Assembly: GCA_045603745.1 (NCBI GenBank)
Contig: JAZUMQ010000049.1
Coordinates: forward strand, 64,743 to 128,742
Direction of reading: 5' to 3'
DNA from: Eubacteriales bacterium
GTDB lineage: Bacteria; Bacillota; Clostridia; Oscillospirales; UBA644
DNA length: 64,000 bases
Part shown: piece after piece, positions 38,069 through 47,858 of the stretch
How positions within the stretch are numbered: position 1 is the stretch's first letter
Layout: each line of letters begins with the position of its first letter
The notes under the pieces: model-generated
Database searches by the model: none
What the model was told of the DNA's origin: nothing
The model's input: the letters and a program-made list of their open reading frames with translations, nothing else
Position numbers and translations under genes: made by a program

Positions 38069-38833
38069 ATGCCCTATTCCATTTTTCTCGACCTTGACGG
38101 CACTCTTTTACCCGGGGGAGAACGACAGTTTTCCGATAAAACCCTAAAAGCTTTGACCGAAACTCAAGCCGCAGGACACAAGATTTTTCTGAACACCGGA
38201 CGTCCAGCTTCCAATCTGCCTGTAGATTCCTTTCGAGGATTTAAGTTCGACGGTTATCTGTGCGGCTGCACCTACGTCACTGTCGGGGGAAAGCTGATCA
38301 TGGCAGACCATCTTTCTGCCGACGAATCTCAGCCCATTGTGGCACATTTTTACAATCGGGACACCATCGTTCTTCTGGAAGGAGAGCTGGCGGTCTATGC
38401 AGCATACGACAAAGAAAACAGCACTGAAAAATACGGTTACATTCCCCTCAACGATATGAGCGAGATCTTCAAAGTCTGTGAATTGGAACCCATCTCAAAA
38501 ATAAGCATTTGGAAGAAATTGTCCGAAAAAGACGTTGCTTTCGTCCAACAATTTGCCCACATTTTGCGGATAGAAGCCAACTGTACCGAAATCACTCCGT
38601 TCGGCCACGATAAAGCCTATGTCATGAACGCGGTCATCGATTATTTGGATTTGGATCCCGAAAAAGTGATTGCCATGGGAGATTCGGGGAACGATATTGC
38701 CATGTTAGACGCGGCTCCCATCTCCGTTGCCATGTCAACGGCATCTGAGGAAGTGAAATCTCACGCAAAATACGTGACAAAGTCAGCAAAAGAAGATGGA
38801 GTTACGGTATTCTTGGAAGAGTTTTTAAAATAG
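38069..38833 (+). CDS. Cof-type HAD-IIB phosphatase
   Basis: 254 aa: IFLDLDGTLL, ...AMGDSGNDIAML. Confidence 0.85.
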   Translation: MPYSIFLDLDGTLLPGGERQFSDKTLKALTETQAAGHKIFLNTGRPASNLPVDSFRGFKFDGYLCGCTYVTVGGKLIMADHLSADESQPIVAHFYNRDTIVLLEGELAVYAAYDKENSTEKYGYIPLNDMSEIFKVCELEPISKISIWKKLSEKDVAFVQQFAHILRIEANCTEITPFGHDKAYVMNAVIDYLDLDPEKVIAMGDSGNDIAMLDAAPISVAMSTASEEVKSHAKYVTKSAKEDGVTVFLEEFLK

Positions 38834-38844
38834 TTTTTCTACAT

Positions 38845-38878
38845 AAAAAAGATCGCTGAAAATCAGCGATCTTTTTTT
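38845..38878. terminator. Bidirectional terminator between the Cof phosphatase and the MFS gene
   Basis: AAAAAA-GATCGCTGA-aaa-TCAGCGATC-TTTTTTT. Confidence 0.75.
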
Positions 38879-40106
38879 ATTTTTTTCGTGTTTTATAAAG
38901 ATGTGCATAAACGAAAATACCTAACAGGGGGAAAAGCATACCGGCTAAAATTCCCAGTTTCATACCAAACTGATCCGGAGTCAAGGATAATTTTTGAGAA
39001 AGGGAAATCAAGGTGGGATTAGCGGTGGCAATGTCTGTGATCACACCCACCAGCTGAGGCGCAACCGACGCTCCGAAATCGCCCCCGGCAGCCATCATAG
39101 CATAGATAAACACACCGCCGTCGGGGAATCGATCGGAAGCGACGATCAGGTTTCCCGGCCAAAGCATTGATGTGGCAAATCCGGTAAAAGCGCAAGCAAA
39201 CAATCCTAAAATCGGAATAGGCGATAGGGCGGCGACGGCATAACACAAGGTGGCACCGATTCCGCACAGAAGCAAAACTTTTTCGATATGTTTTCCGAAT
39301 TTTCCGTATAGCGTCCGACCAATTCCAAGGAACATCGCAAACATAGCAACACCGAAAATATCGCCCCAAACTTTAGGAATTTCAAGGGCTTGTTCCAAAT
39401 ATCCGGAAGCCCACTGCGCCATCGTACATTCGGCAGCTCCACCTAAAAAGATGGCAGAAACCGAAAGCCAAACCCCTTTGCTTTTCAGAAGATGTAACGC
39501 TCCGGAGACCTTTTCCGGGGTCTGCATGGGAGGAAGTTGCGTTCCGGAAAAAAGAAGGGCAGAAACCAAGGGAATCAAAGAGAAGATCAAGGCAAGCCAA
39601 TGCCAGTTTTCTCCCCCGAAAAGAAGCAAAAAGAGGGTACTTACAATAATTACCCCAACCACACCCCAGGCATAGACCGAGTGTAACCGGCTCATTTCCC
39701 GATCCGGATCTTTTGAGGGAAGGGCGGCAATGGTGGGACTGATCAAGACCTCCGCAAGTCCTGAGGCGGCAGAAAAAATCACCGTACCTATCACAAGTCC
39801 TGCGTATGCCCATTGGGGAAAAGCAAGGGGTAACAGAGCATAGATCCACAATCCCGCCACGGCAATATAGGGAATTGTTTTGACCACTTTCGGAATATTA
39901 AACCGATGGGAAAAGAAGGAAAAAATCAGATCAATGCCCAACTGAGTACAAAAATTGATCAAGACCAAAAGTCCTAAAAGAGAATAAGAAATACCGTAAA
40001 GTGTCCGAAAAGTCAGAAATAAAACCGGTGATAAATTCCCCACTACGGACATGGTGATATTCACGGTATAACAAGCGTATTTAATGCGTTTTTCCTTGGT
40101 ATTCAT
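38877..40106 (-). CDS. MFS transporter
   Basis: 409 aa with about 12 predicted TM helices. Confidence 0.8.
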   Translation of the reverse strand: MNTKEKRIKYACYTVNITMSVVGNLSPVLFLTFRTLYGISYSLLGLLVLINFCTQLGIDLIFSFFSHRFNIPKVVKTIPYIAVAGLWIYALLPLAFPQWAYAGLVIGTVIFSAASGLAEVLISPTIAALPSKDPDREMSRLHSVYAWGVVGVIIVSTLFLLLFGGENWHWLALIFSLIPLVSALLFSGTQLPPMQTPEKVSGALHLLKSKGVWLSVSAIFLGGAAECTMAQWASGYLEQALEIPKVWGDIFGVAMFAMFLGIGRTLYGKFGKHIEKVLLLCGIGATLCYAVAALSPIPILGLFACAFTGFATSMLWPGNLIVASDRFPDGGVFIYAMMAAGGDFGASVAPQLVGVITDIATANPTLISLSQKLSLTPDQFGMKLGILAGMLFPLLGIFVYAHLYKTRKK

Positions 40107-40154
40107 AAATAAATCCCTTGCTCAAGAAGAAAGAGCAACCACGGTTGCTCTTGT

Positions 40155-41066
40155 TTAACTGATAAGAAAATAGATCAGATACCAAACTTCCTGTCCTTTT
40201 GCCGTCACCCCTTCTCCTGTGTGAACAAATCCGACCGATTCACAGAGACGACGGGAAGGAATACTATTTTTCCGAATCGTTGCAGTGGCAGTAGAATAGC
40301 CTTTTTCTTTGGCAAGATCCAGTGCTTTACAAAGGGCTTGAGTACCGTAAGTTTTTCCCCGATAATCGGAAAAAATATGAACTTCGAGATCCACATTGCC
40401 GTCCGCATCTTCTGTCAATTGAAGGTATCCTACCGCTTGCTCGTCCACGGTGACGGCGAAAGATTCAAAATAACGCCCCTCAAACACCTTTGTATTCCAT
40501 TGGTCGATGATAGCAGAGATGCTCTGATTTGACCGATTGGAATACAAATACCGTTTCAAGACCGGAAGGTCGTTTTTGGAAAAAGAGCGAAGAGAAATTT
40601 CTTTTTGTTCCGGTTTTTTTAAATTCCGCATTTCCCGAAAAAAGTCCGTTAGCTGTCGGGAACATTCCGTTTCCAAAATCCCGGAGATTACTTCCGGCTG
40701 ATGATTAAAAGGCAGTTGGGTCAAATCGCAAAGACTTCCCATACAGCCGGCTTTTGGGTCCATGGCTCCGATATACACCCGACGGATCCGGGCGTTGATG
40801 ATCGCACCGGCACACATGGGGCATGGTTCGAGGGTTACGTAAAGATCGCAATCGGAAAGCCGCCAACCGCCCACCTTTTTGCAGGCGCGGTGCAGAGCGA
40901 CAATCTCTGCATGGAGCAGGGCGTTTTTTCCGGTTTCCCGCCGATTATAGCCGGTGGCGATGACCTTGCCGCCTTTGACGATGACCGCACCCACAGGGAC
41001 TTCCCCTAAAGCCTTCGCTTTTTCGGCGCAGGCAAGGGCACGGCGCATAAAAATTTCGTGGCTCAT
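40155..41066 (-). CDS. tadA: tRNA adenosine(34) deaminase TadA fused to a C-terminal GNAT acetyltransferase domain
   Basis: 303 aa. Residues 1-~155 are TadA (LHAEIVAL, LEPCPMCAGAI). Residues ~165-303 are GNAT-like (LEVHIFSDYRGKTYGTQALCKALDLAKEKGY..., NSIPSRRLCESVGFV). Confidence 0.85.
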   Translation of the reverse strand: MSHEIFMRRALACAEKAKALGEVPVGAVIVKGGKVIATGYNRRETGKNALLHAEIVALHRACKKVGGWRLSDCDLYVTLEPCPMCAGAIINARIRRVYIGAMDPKAGCMGSLCDLTQLPFNHQPEVISGILETECSRQLTDFFREMRNLKKPEQKEISLRSFSKNDLPVLKRYLYSNRSNQSISAIIDQWNTKVFEGRYFESFAVTVDEQAVGYLQLTEDADGNVDLEVHIFSDYRGKTYGTQALCKALDLAKEKGYSTATATIRKNSIPSRRLCESVGFVHTGEGVTAKGQEVWYLIYFLIS

Positions 41067-41476
41067 TCGGAAACGACCCGGGCTTCCAAATGAATATCGG
41101 TTTCACTGGAAAGCATGTGATGGAAAGACATGGTATATTTCAAATCCAGCTCTCCCCCGTTTTCGTCCATGGTAGAAGAAATTTCCCGGGTGGTGACGTG
41201 GATATTCATCATACGGTTATCCGAAAGGCATTCCACCGTGGGACCTTTTCGGAAATCGAACAACACTGAATCCTGCCCGTTGTCCGCCTGAAGACGGACG
41301 TGATCTTTATTTTTGATGTAGAATTGCACGTGATCACCGATCTCGGACAGAATTTTTTCTCCGTCGAATTCCACGACGTACCCTTCTCGTTCCCGACGAA
41401 TCGTGCCGTAGGTGAAAAGGTCGGAAAAAGGTTTTCCGTCTCGCATAGTGTCCATGCGAATAATGGCTGTTTTCAT
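41063..41476 (-). CDS. DUF1934 (YwiB-like) beta-barrel protein
   Basis: 137 aa. Size, composition and context are typical of this family. ATGA overlap with tadA. Confidence 0.6.
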   Translation of the reverse strand: MKTAIIRMDTMRDGKPFSDLFTYGTIRREREGYVVEFDGEKILSEIGDHVQFYIKNKDHVRLQADNGQDSVLFDFRKGPTVECLSDNRMMNIHVTTREISSTMDENGGELDLKYTMSFHHMLSSETDIHLEARVVSE

Positions 41477-41485
41477 AATTTCCTT

Positions 41486-42295
41486 TCAATCGTCGGTACG
41501 AATGGTGACTTTTTCCACCTGTCCGTCAAGATTCCGATCAAGGAACATTCCGGCGATATGCGAAAAATTGCTGACTTCGTCGCTGACAAAATAGCGGCGT
41601 TTCCCCTCGGGCTTTTCGGACAACTGCCCGGTTTCCCGCAATACTTGAGCCAGTGCCAACGCCGCTTCCCGACCGGAATCGATCAAAGTTACGCTGTCGC
41701 CGAAAAGTTTGCTTAATACCGGCTTGAGCAAGGGGTAGTGAGTGCAACCGAGAATAACGGTATCCACCCCGGCGTCCTGCAAAGGTTTAATATATTCCTG
41801 CGCCGCCAGTTTCGTGATCGGTCCTTCAAGATAACCGTTTTCCACCAAAGGAACGAACAAAGGACAAGGGGTAGCGGTAACGGTAATTTCCGGGTCAATG
41901 GCTGCAATCGCAGATTGATAAGAGCCGCTTTTAACGGTGGCGGATGTCCCGAGAATTCCGATTTTTTTATTCTTCGTGGCGTTACAGGCGGCAGAAGCCG
42001 TAGGTTGAACCACGCCGATAACCGGGATTTCGGTCATCTGTTGTAATTCGGGAAGGGCAACGGACGAGACCGTACCGCAAGCAACCAAAACCGCTTTCAG
42101 ATCCTGCTCCAGCAAAAAGCGAAGGTCCTGAACGGCAAAAGTGCGAATGGTATCCCGGGAACGAGTTCCGTAAGGCACCCGTGCGGTGTCGCCGAAATAG
42201 ACGATATTCTCTCCGGGTAAGATCTGTATCAGTTCCCGAACGGCGGTAAGCCCTCCGAGCCCCGAATCAAAAACGCCGATTTGCAATTCAGACAT
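41486..42295 (-). CDS. murI: Glutamate racemase
   Basis: 269 aa: IGVFDSGLGGLT, ACGTVS, GCTHYP. Confidence 0.95.
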   Translation of the reverse strand: MSELQIGVFDSGLGGLTAVRELIQILPGENIVYFGDTARVPYGTRSRDTIRTFAVQDLRFLLEQDLKAVLVACGTVSSVALPELQQMTEIPVIGVVQPTASAACNATKNKKIGILGTSATVKSGSYQSAIAAIDPEITVTATPCPLFVPLVENGYLEGPITKLAAQEYIKPLQDAGVDTVILGCTHYPLLKPVLSKLFGDSVTLIDSGREAALALAQVLRETGQLSEKPEGKRRYFVSDEVSNFSHIAGMFLDRNLDGQVEKVTIRTDD

Positions 42296-43133
42296 GGGTC
42301 TCCTCCCTTAATTTTTTTGCTCCGACCACCCGAATTACTCCTCCATAATCCCGCACCTGAATCACGTCGGAAAAACCGGAGGAAAGAAGCAATTCCTCGA
42401 TGGCAAAAGCCTGACCGATACCACATTCAAACAACAACATTCCTCCGGATTTCAACCGGGAAGAAAAACGCCGAATGATGGCACGGTAAAAAAGAAGTCC
42501 GTCGTCTCCCCCATCTAAGGCGGTAACAGGCTCTTTCTTCACTTCGGGAGAAAGGGTCTGCAGATCCCCCGTAGGAATATAAGGGGGGTTGGACAGAATC
42601 AGATCGTATGTTCCTTCCACCTCGTCGGTAAGAATATCTCCTTGTATCAAGCGGGCAGAAGGATAGATCCGTTGGGCATTTTTTTGCAACAAAGCAAAGG
42701 CTTCGTCAAATTTTTCCACTTCGGTGACCGCAACGCCTTTCTCTGCACCCAAAGTAAGACCGATACAACCGGTTCCGGCACAAAGATCGAGAACGGAGTC
42801 TCCCTCTTTTAAGTAAGACAGGGCGGTATCCACCAAAATTTCCGTGTCAAATCGCGGAATCAGAACGCCGGGGGCGACGGCAAAGGAACGTCCGTAAAAA
42901 TCGGCAAACCCCAAAAGATATTGCAAGGGTTCCCCCGCGAGCCGCCGGGAAACAAAATCACAAATGATTTGTTTTTGTTCCGATGCAGGTTCTTCCAACG
43001 ATCGAATTAATCGTCGAAGCAAAAATTGATGCGACGGGATTCCACACACCTTTTCTGCCATCAGAGACAGTTCCCGGGGAGCGTCGGACGAGACGGAAGT
43101 CAACCGGGATTCCAATTCTGACCAGAAACTCAT
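42288..43133 (-). CDS. prmC: Release factor glutamine N5-methyltransferase
   Basis: 281 aa: DLCAGTGCIG, NPPY motif (LILSNPPYIP). Confidence 0.92.
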   Translation of the reverse strand: MSFWSELESRLTSVSSDAPRELSLMAEKVCGIPSHQFLLRRLIRSLEEPASEQKQIICDFVSRRLAGEPLQYLLGFADFYGRSFAVAPGVLIPRFDTEILVDTALSYLKEGDSVLDLCAGTGCIGLTLGAEKGVAVTEVEKFDEAFALLQKNAQRIYPSARLIQGDILTDEVEGTYDLILSNPPYIPTGDLQTLSPEVKKEPVTALDGGDDGLLFYRAIIRRFSSRLKSGGMLLFECGIGQAFAIEELLLSSGFSDVIQVRDYGGVIRVVGAKKLREETHV

Positions 43134-44077
43134 TGCTTCTTTTTGGGGAAGGCGAGGGAATAATCCACCTCACCGTTTTCATTGGTAAGAGAAGCGTTTA
43201 CGGCAACGATAGCAACTTCGATCTGTGCGTCGGTGGGTTCGGCGGTGGTGATGCGTTGAAGACCCTTTCCCGGGGCAGAAACGATCTTTGTAAAAAGATT
43301 GTCATGGCGACCGGTCCATTGCTGAATTTCAAAGGTAAAACCGGCAACCACGGGAAGGCACGCCAGATGCACTAACAATCGAGGAAGCCCTTCAATATTT
43401 TCAGGCAGAACGAAGGCGTGAAGCAACGTAAAGAACAAAATGGAGAACAACAGCACCAGAAAAATAAAACTGGTACCGCACCGAGGGTGGCATCGGGGCA
43501 TACGGCGAATATTTTCCACCGTCAGTTCGGCGCCGGATTCCACGGCAAAAATGGTTTTATGTTCGGCACCGTGGTAGCGGTAAATGTCCTTCATTTCTTT
43601 CATCAAAGACGTGGCGAGAATGTAGCAGACGAAGATAATGATACGAATGATGCCTTCGATCAAAATCCGCAGTGCCCGAGCACCGGGCAACCAGGTGGTA
43701 ATGAGTTTTCCCGCAAGCTGAGGCAAAAGCAGGAACAACCCGACGGCAAGCCCCACTCCAAGAATCAAAGACAGAGCCATGACCAATCCGGAAACCCATT
43801 TATTTCCGTTGGTTTCTTCCTCCAACCCGGCTAATTCCGCAGAGCGCATGAGGGATTTGTATCCCACAATCATGCTCTCCACAAAAGCTACACACCCCCG
43901 AAGAACGGGGATGCGCAAAATTTTATATTTATCCCGCACGGAAGTGGTCGCCATTTCTTCGGTGACGATCTCTCCGTCGGGCTTGCGGACGGCAAGGACG
44001 GAACGGAGCGGGGATTTCATCATAATCCCTTCCATCACGGCCTGTCCGCCCACAGCGGCATAACGGCGTTGAAACAT
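43130..44077 (-). CDS. DUF1385 membrane protein (YqhQ-like)
   Basis: Starts at ATG 44075-44077 behind AAGAGGAA (MFQRRYAAVGGQAVMEGIMMKSP...). HGAEHK motif. The track's 96-aa extension overlaps yloV. Confidence 0.8.
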   Translation of the reverse strand: MFQRRYAAVGGQAVMEGIMMKSPLRSVLAVRKPDGEIVTEEMATTSVRDKYKILRIPVLRGCVAFVESMIVGYKSLMRSAELAGLEEETNGNKWVSGLVMALSLILGVGLAVGLFLLLPQLAGKLITTWLPGARALRILIEGIIRIIIFVCYILATSLMKEMKDIYRYHGAEHKTIFAVESGAELTVENIRRMPRCHPRCGTSFIFLVLLFSILFFTLLHAFVLPENIEGLPRLLVHLACLPVVAGFTFEIQQWTGRHDNLFTKIVSAPGKGLQRITTAEPTDAQIEVAIVAVNASLTNENGEVDYSLAFPKKKQ

Positions 44078-44093
44078 TTTGATTCCTCTTGCC

Positions 44094-45773
44094 TTATTCG
44101 GCAGAAATAATGAAGTAATAAACCGGCTGACCGCCGTTGACCAACATAATATCAACGTCGTTACCCAGTTTTTCCTGCATGATGCCTTGCATGGCTTCCG
44201 CCTCGGCTTCGCTGACACCCTCACCGTAGAACAAGGTAATGACGCAGGCGTCTTTGATGTCGTCGCACAGATTTGCCATACATTCTTCCCGGGTATCGGT
44301 GACATAGCGAACTTTGTTTTCCACCAGGCCGAGGATCTGATTTTCCTTGATCTCCCGGTTGTCAAAGGTGGAATCGTGAGCCGCGAAAGTCATCGACAGA
44401 GAAGATACGGCAGCCATGGCTTCTTTCATTGCACTGACGTTTTCTTCCACTTCAGCGTCGGGATTAAACGCCAACATAGCGCTGATTCCCTGCGGCAAAG
44501 AAACGGAACGGAGCACTTCTACGTGTTTGTCTTCCACCAAAAGGGCGGCTTGGGCAGCAACCATATAAATATTGCTGTTATTGGGCAAAACAATGACGTT
44601 TTCGGCGGGAGTCATGCGAATTGCCTTAAGCATATCTTCCGTAGAGGGGTTCATGGTCTGACCGCCGATGACCATCTGATCCGCACCCAAATCACGGAAA
44701 ACAGAAACCATTCCTTCTCCGGAAGCGACGGCAACAAAGCCGTATTTCTTTTCGGGGGCGGCATCGGTCACTTCTTCCACGGCGGGTTCTACGGCAGGAG
44801 CTCCGGTGGGAACGTCTTTTGCCGCACCGGAAGACAGGGCGGAATGCTGTTCCTTCATATTTTCAATTTTTACCGTCAAAAGGGAACCGAACTTCAACGC
44901 TTCGGACAGAACCTTTCCGGGATCGGACGTATGAACGTGCAATTTGATAATGTCGGTATCATCTACAAAGACGGCACTATCGCCGGCACCGAGAACGAAT
45001 TTATGGAGCTTTTCCGCTTTTCCTTCGCCGAGGTATGCTTCGGACTTTCCTACGATACATTCGGTGCAATAAGGATAGACAATATCTTCGGTATTAAACT
45101 GATCGAAAGCCGATGCAGGTTCTTCTTCGGATTCCGACTCATCGGCATCGAGGAGGACAACGGGATTGCCGGTCAGATACCCAACCATACCTTCAAAGAT
45201 CACCACAAGACCCCGACCGCCGGCGTCCACGAGACCTGCTTGCTTCAACACGGGGAGCATTTCCGGGGTTTGCTGGAGGGTCTCTTCCGCAACGGAAAGA
45301 ACGTAGGGCATGAAATCTTCCACTCTGCCCTTGTATTCGTCCGCTTTTTCCAATGCTTTTTCGGCAGAAACCCGCATAACGGTAAGGATCGTACCTTCCG
45401 TGGGTTTCATAACCGACTTATAGGCGGCGTCCACGCCCCGCTTGAAGGCGGCGGCGAGATCGGGAGTATCGACGGTTTGCTTTCCTTTGCATTCCTTAGC
45501 AATCCCGCGGAAGAACAGGGAAAGAATAACGCCGGAATTTCCCCGGGCGCCCCGAAGTAACATATTGGCGACCTTGTCGGCAACCTGGCTGACGTCTCCT
45601 TCAAAAGAAGGAAGATCACTGCGAACGGCACCCATCGTCAGACTCATATTGATGCCGGTATCTCCGTCAGGGACGGGGAAAACGTTAAGGCGATTGATAT
45701 TCTCACGTTCGTTGGCAAGATTATTTGCCCCGGAGATCACCATATCGCGGTAAGATGTTCCGTTTAAAATCAT
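44094..45773 (-). CDS. yloV: DAK2 domain fusion protein YloV
   Basis: 559 aa: PVPDGDTGINM, RGNSGVILS. Confidence 0.9.
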   Translation of the reverse strand: MILNGTSYRDMVISGANNLANERENINRLNVFPVPDGDTGINMSLTMGAVRSDLPSFEGDVSQVADKVANMLLRGARGNSGVILSLFFRGIAKECKGKQTVDTPDLAAAFKRGVDAAYKSVMKPTEGTILTVMRVSAEKALEKADEYKGRVEDFMPYVLSVAEETLQQTPEMLPVLKQAGLVDAGGRGLVVIFEGMVGYLTGNPVVLLDADESESEEEPASAFDQFNTEDIVYPYCTECIVGKSEAYLGEGKAEKLHKFVLGAGDSAVFVDDTDIIKLHVHTSDPGKVLSEALKFGSLLTVKIENMKEQHSALSSGAAKDVPTGAPAVEPAVEEVTDAAPEKKYGFVAVASGEGMVSVFRDLGADQMVIGGQTMNPSTEDMLKAIRMTPAENVIVLPNNSNIYMVAAQAALLVEDKHVEVLRSVSLPQGISAMLAFNPDAEVEENVSAMKEAMAAVSSLSMTFAAHDSTFDNREIKENQILGLVENKVRYVTDTREECMANLCDDIKDACVITLFYGEGVSEAEAEAMQGIMQEKLGNDVDIMLVNGGQPVYYFIISAE

Positions 45774-45806
45774 AATTCATTAAATTCCTTTTCGTCGTTT
45801 TCAAGG

Positions 45807-46157
45807 TTACTTCGTGATGACAGAGTCCACGAATACGTTCACCTTATCCACGGGGAATCCAATATAATCGGAAACGGAATAGGTGATTTTATGGGCAATA
45901 CTTTCGGTGATGGCGGGAATATTCACGCCGTAGATGACGGCAATATGAATGTCAATGCAGACACGGTTGTTCTCGCAATACACGTGCACACCCTTGTCTT
46001 TACGATCTTTCTTCAAGAAAGCCCAGATCTGTTCCGAGACGTTCTTCGCCTTCATCTCGGCGATCCCGAAACAATCCGAAGCGACAATGGAAGTGATCCC
46101 GGCGATAACGTTATCGTCGATGATAATGTTTCCGTGTTCGTTTTTCAATTTCAGCAT
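45807..46157 (-). CDS. Asp23/Gls24 family envelope stress protein
   Basis: Starts at ATG 46155-46157 behind ACGGAGG (MLKLKNEHGNIIIDDNVIAGI...). About 116 aa. Confidence 0.85.
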   Translation of the reverse strand: MLKLKNEHGNIIIDDNVIAGITSIVASDCFGIAEMKAKNVSEQIWAFLKKDRKDKGVHVYCENNRVCIDIHIAVIYGVNIPAITESIAHKITYSVSDYIGFPVDKVNVFVDSVITK

Positions 46158-46303
46158 ATCAAACCTCCGTAATAGTTCGTCTTGCCCAAAAAGGCAGGAC
46201 AAGTATTATACTATATTATAATACACTATAAACGGAGAATTTACAAGTGCTTTTCCTTTTTCGTTACCGAAATGTTCCACTTTTGTACCATTTTCAGCCA
46301 AAA

Positions 46304-46606
46304 TTAGTTCAAAAGAAGGATTGCAAGAATAATAACAATCAACGGATCGTCGTCTTTATTTTCATTGAAAAGCAAAAATAAAACGGCGAGAAGAAGAATG
46401 TCATCGTCCTTGATCCGGGAGAGAATTCCTCCCAATCCGCCACGGGAAGGCGAGGACAAAATGTCACCGGAAGAGGCGGGCTGAGCCGGAAGATCCGGTT
46501 TTACAGTCTCAGAGGAAGGTTTGGAACGGTCGTATGCTTTTCGGGCATCTTCCTCGGCTTTGGCGCGGCGAAATTGATATTCGGCTTCGGAAACAGAAGA
46601 ATACAT
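46304..46606 (-). CDS. Hypothetical small protein with a C-terminal hydrophobic, Asp-punctuated tail
   Basis: Starts at ATG 46604-46606 behind AAAGGAG (MYSSVSEAEYQFRRAKAEEDARK...DDDILLLAVLFLLFNENKDDDPLIVIILAILLLN). Confidence 0.55.
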   Translation of the reverse strand: MYSSVSEAEYQFRRAKAEEDARKAYDRSKPSSETVKPDLPAQPASSGDILSSPSRGGLGGILSRIKDDDILLLAVLFLLFNENKDDDPLIVIILAILLLN

Positions 46607-46663
46607 CACAAAACTCCTTTCAAAAAAACGACGACCGTTCAAAAATTTGAACGGCCGAAGTAT

Positions 46664-47002
46664 TTATCTCAACGCAGAAAGCAGGTCGATGACCCGAATG
46701 GCTTTGATGGCGTTGTCGATCTTTCCTGCTCGGGACGCCCGAAGATAGGGGCGCACGGCGTTGAGAAGCGCCAGATCCCGACTGTGGGCGCCGGAACCGG
46801 AAAATCCGGAAAACAGATCCATGGAATCAAGGGAACCGGACGCGGGCAACACCGGAGCGTCGACAGAAACCGATTCCGGGAAATCTTCCGTGGGGAGAGG
46901 GGAACTCTCCGAGGACGAAAGGGTCGAGGCGATCTCCCGAATTTTTTGCGCAGCTTCAGGGTTGCTTAAAATCTCGGAAATTTTGGAAAATAAATCCGGC
47001 AT
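46664..47002 (-). CDS. Hypothetical protein (112 aa)
   Basis: Starts at ATG 47000-47002 behind GGAAAGGAGAG (MPDLFSKISEILSNPEAAQKIREIAS...LALLNAVRPYLRASRAGKIDNAIKAIRVIDLLSALR). Confidence 0.55.
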   Translation of the reverse strand: MPDLFSKISEILSNPEAAQKIREIASTLSSSESSPLPTEDFPESVSVDAPVLPASGSLDSMDLFSGFSGSGAHSRDLALLNAVRPYLRASRAGKIDNAIKAIRVIDLLSALR

Positions 47003-47019
47003 AAGTCTCTCCTTTCCGA

Positions 47020-47277
47020 TCAGTTGATCCGCTTCAGAAACTCGTGAAGCATATTCTTTCCTTGGGAAGAAGAAAGCACTCGCTTGAGAAGATCGGGATC
47101 GTTGATGACCCGCATTACGTTTGCCCAATCTTTTTCACTGAGTTTGGACGTAAGTCCTTTTAGAGAATCTTTATTTCGGGCAAGGCGTTCCAGTTTCGCG
47201 GTATCCTCCGCCGAAAGAGATCCCCGGGCGGCGGCTACGGCGCGGGAGACGGCGGCATCGTTGGGAAAATCGGACAT
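47020..47277 (-). CDS. Hypothetical protein (85 aa)
   Basis: ATG 47275-47277 lies 10 nt after GGAAAGG (MSDFPNDAAVSRAV...DPDLLKRVLSSSQGKNMLHEFLKRIN). The GTG at 47286 sits too close to the SD. Confidence 0.5.
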   Translation of the reverse strand: MSDFPNDAAVSRAVAAARGSLSAEDTAKLERLARNKDSLKGLTSKLSEKDWANVMRVINDPDLLKRVLSSSQGKNMLHEFLKRIN

Positions 47278-47373
47278 GATCGTCACACCTTTCCAAGTTA
47301 TTTCAATTTCATTCTATGAAGCCATTGACTTTTTTGCCAATCCGAGGTATAATAAAAGAAAAATTACGGAGGA

Positions 47374-47844
47374 ATGGGCTTGAAAATCTTAATTATCTCC
47401 GATACTCACGGAGATACTTCCGGGGCAGAGCGGTTACTTATAAAAGAACGACCGGATCACGTTATTCACCTGGGAGATTGCATTCGTGATGCGGAAGAAA
47501 TCGCGAACCGTTTCCCTACCCTACCAATATGCAAAGTTCCGGGAAATAATGACTGGTTTGCCGATGACGGGAAAGAAAAAGTCATCGCACTGGGTGGGAT
47601 AAAAATCTTTTTATGCCACGGGCATACCACCGGGGTAAAAAGCGGACTGGACGTACAAATCGCCAAGGCACTCCGACAGAATTGCACCGTTTCTCTGTTT
47701 GGCCATACTCACTCCCCCTATTTGGAAGAACGAGATGGGGTTTTGCTTTTGAATCCGGGATCGGTCACCTATGGCGGAACCTATGCCTTGTTGACCCTCA
47801 AACCGGGACAAAATCCCAAGGCAGAACTAAAATATGACAATTGA
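47374..47844 (+). CDS. YfcE/MJ0936 family metallophosphoesterase
   Basis: 156 aa: ILIISDTHGD, GDC, GNND, CHGH, GHTH. Promoter TTGACT-17-TATAAT at 47320-47348. Confidence 0.88.
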   Translation: MGLKILIISDTHGDTSGAERLLIKERPDHVIHLGDCIRDAEEIANRFPTLPICKVPGNNDWFADDGKEKVIALGGIKIFLCHGHTTGVKSGLDVQIAKALRQNCTVSLFGHTHSPYLEERDGVLLLNPGSVTYGGTYALLTLKPGQNPKAELKYDN

Positions 47845-47858
47845 AAAGGAAAAAGAGC

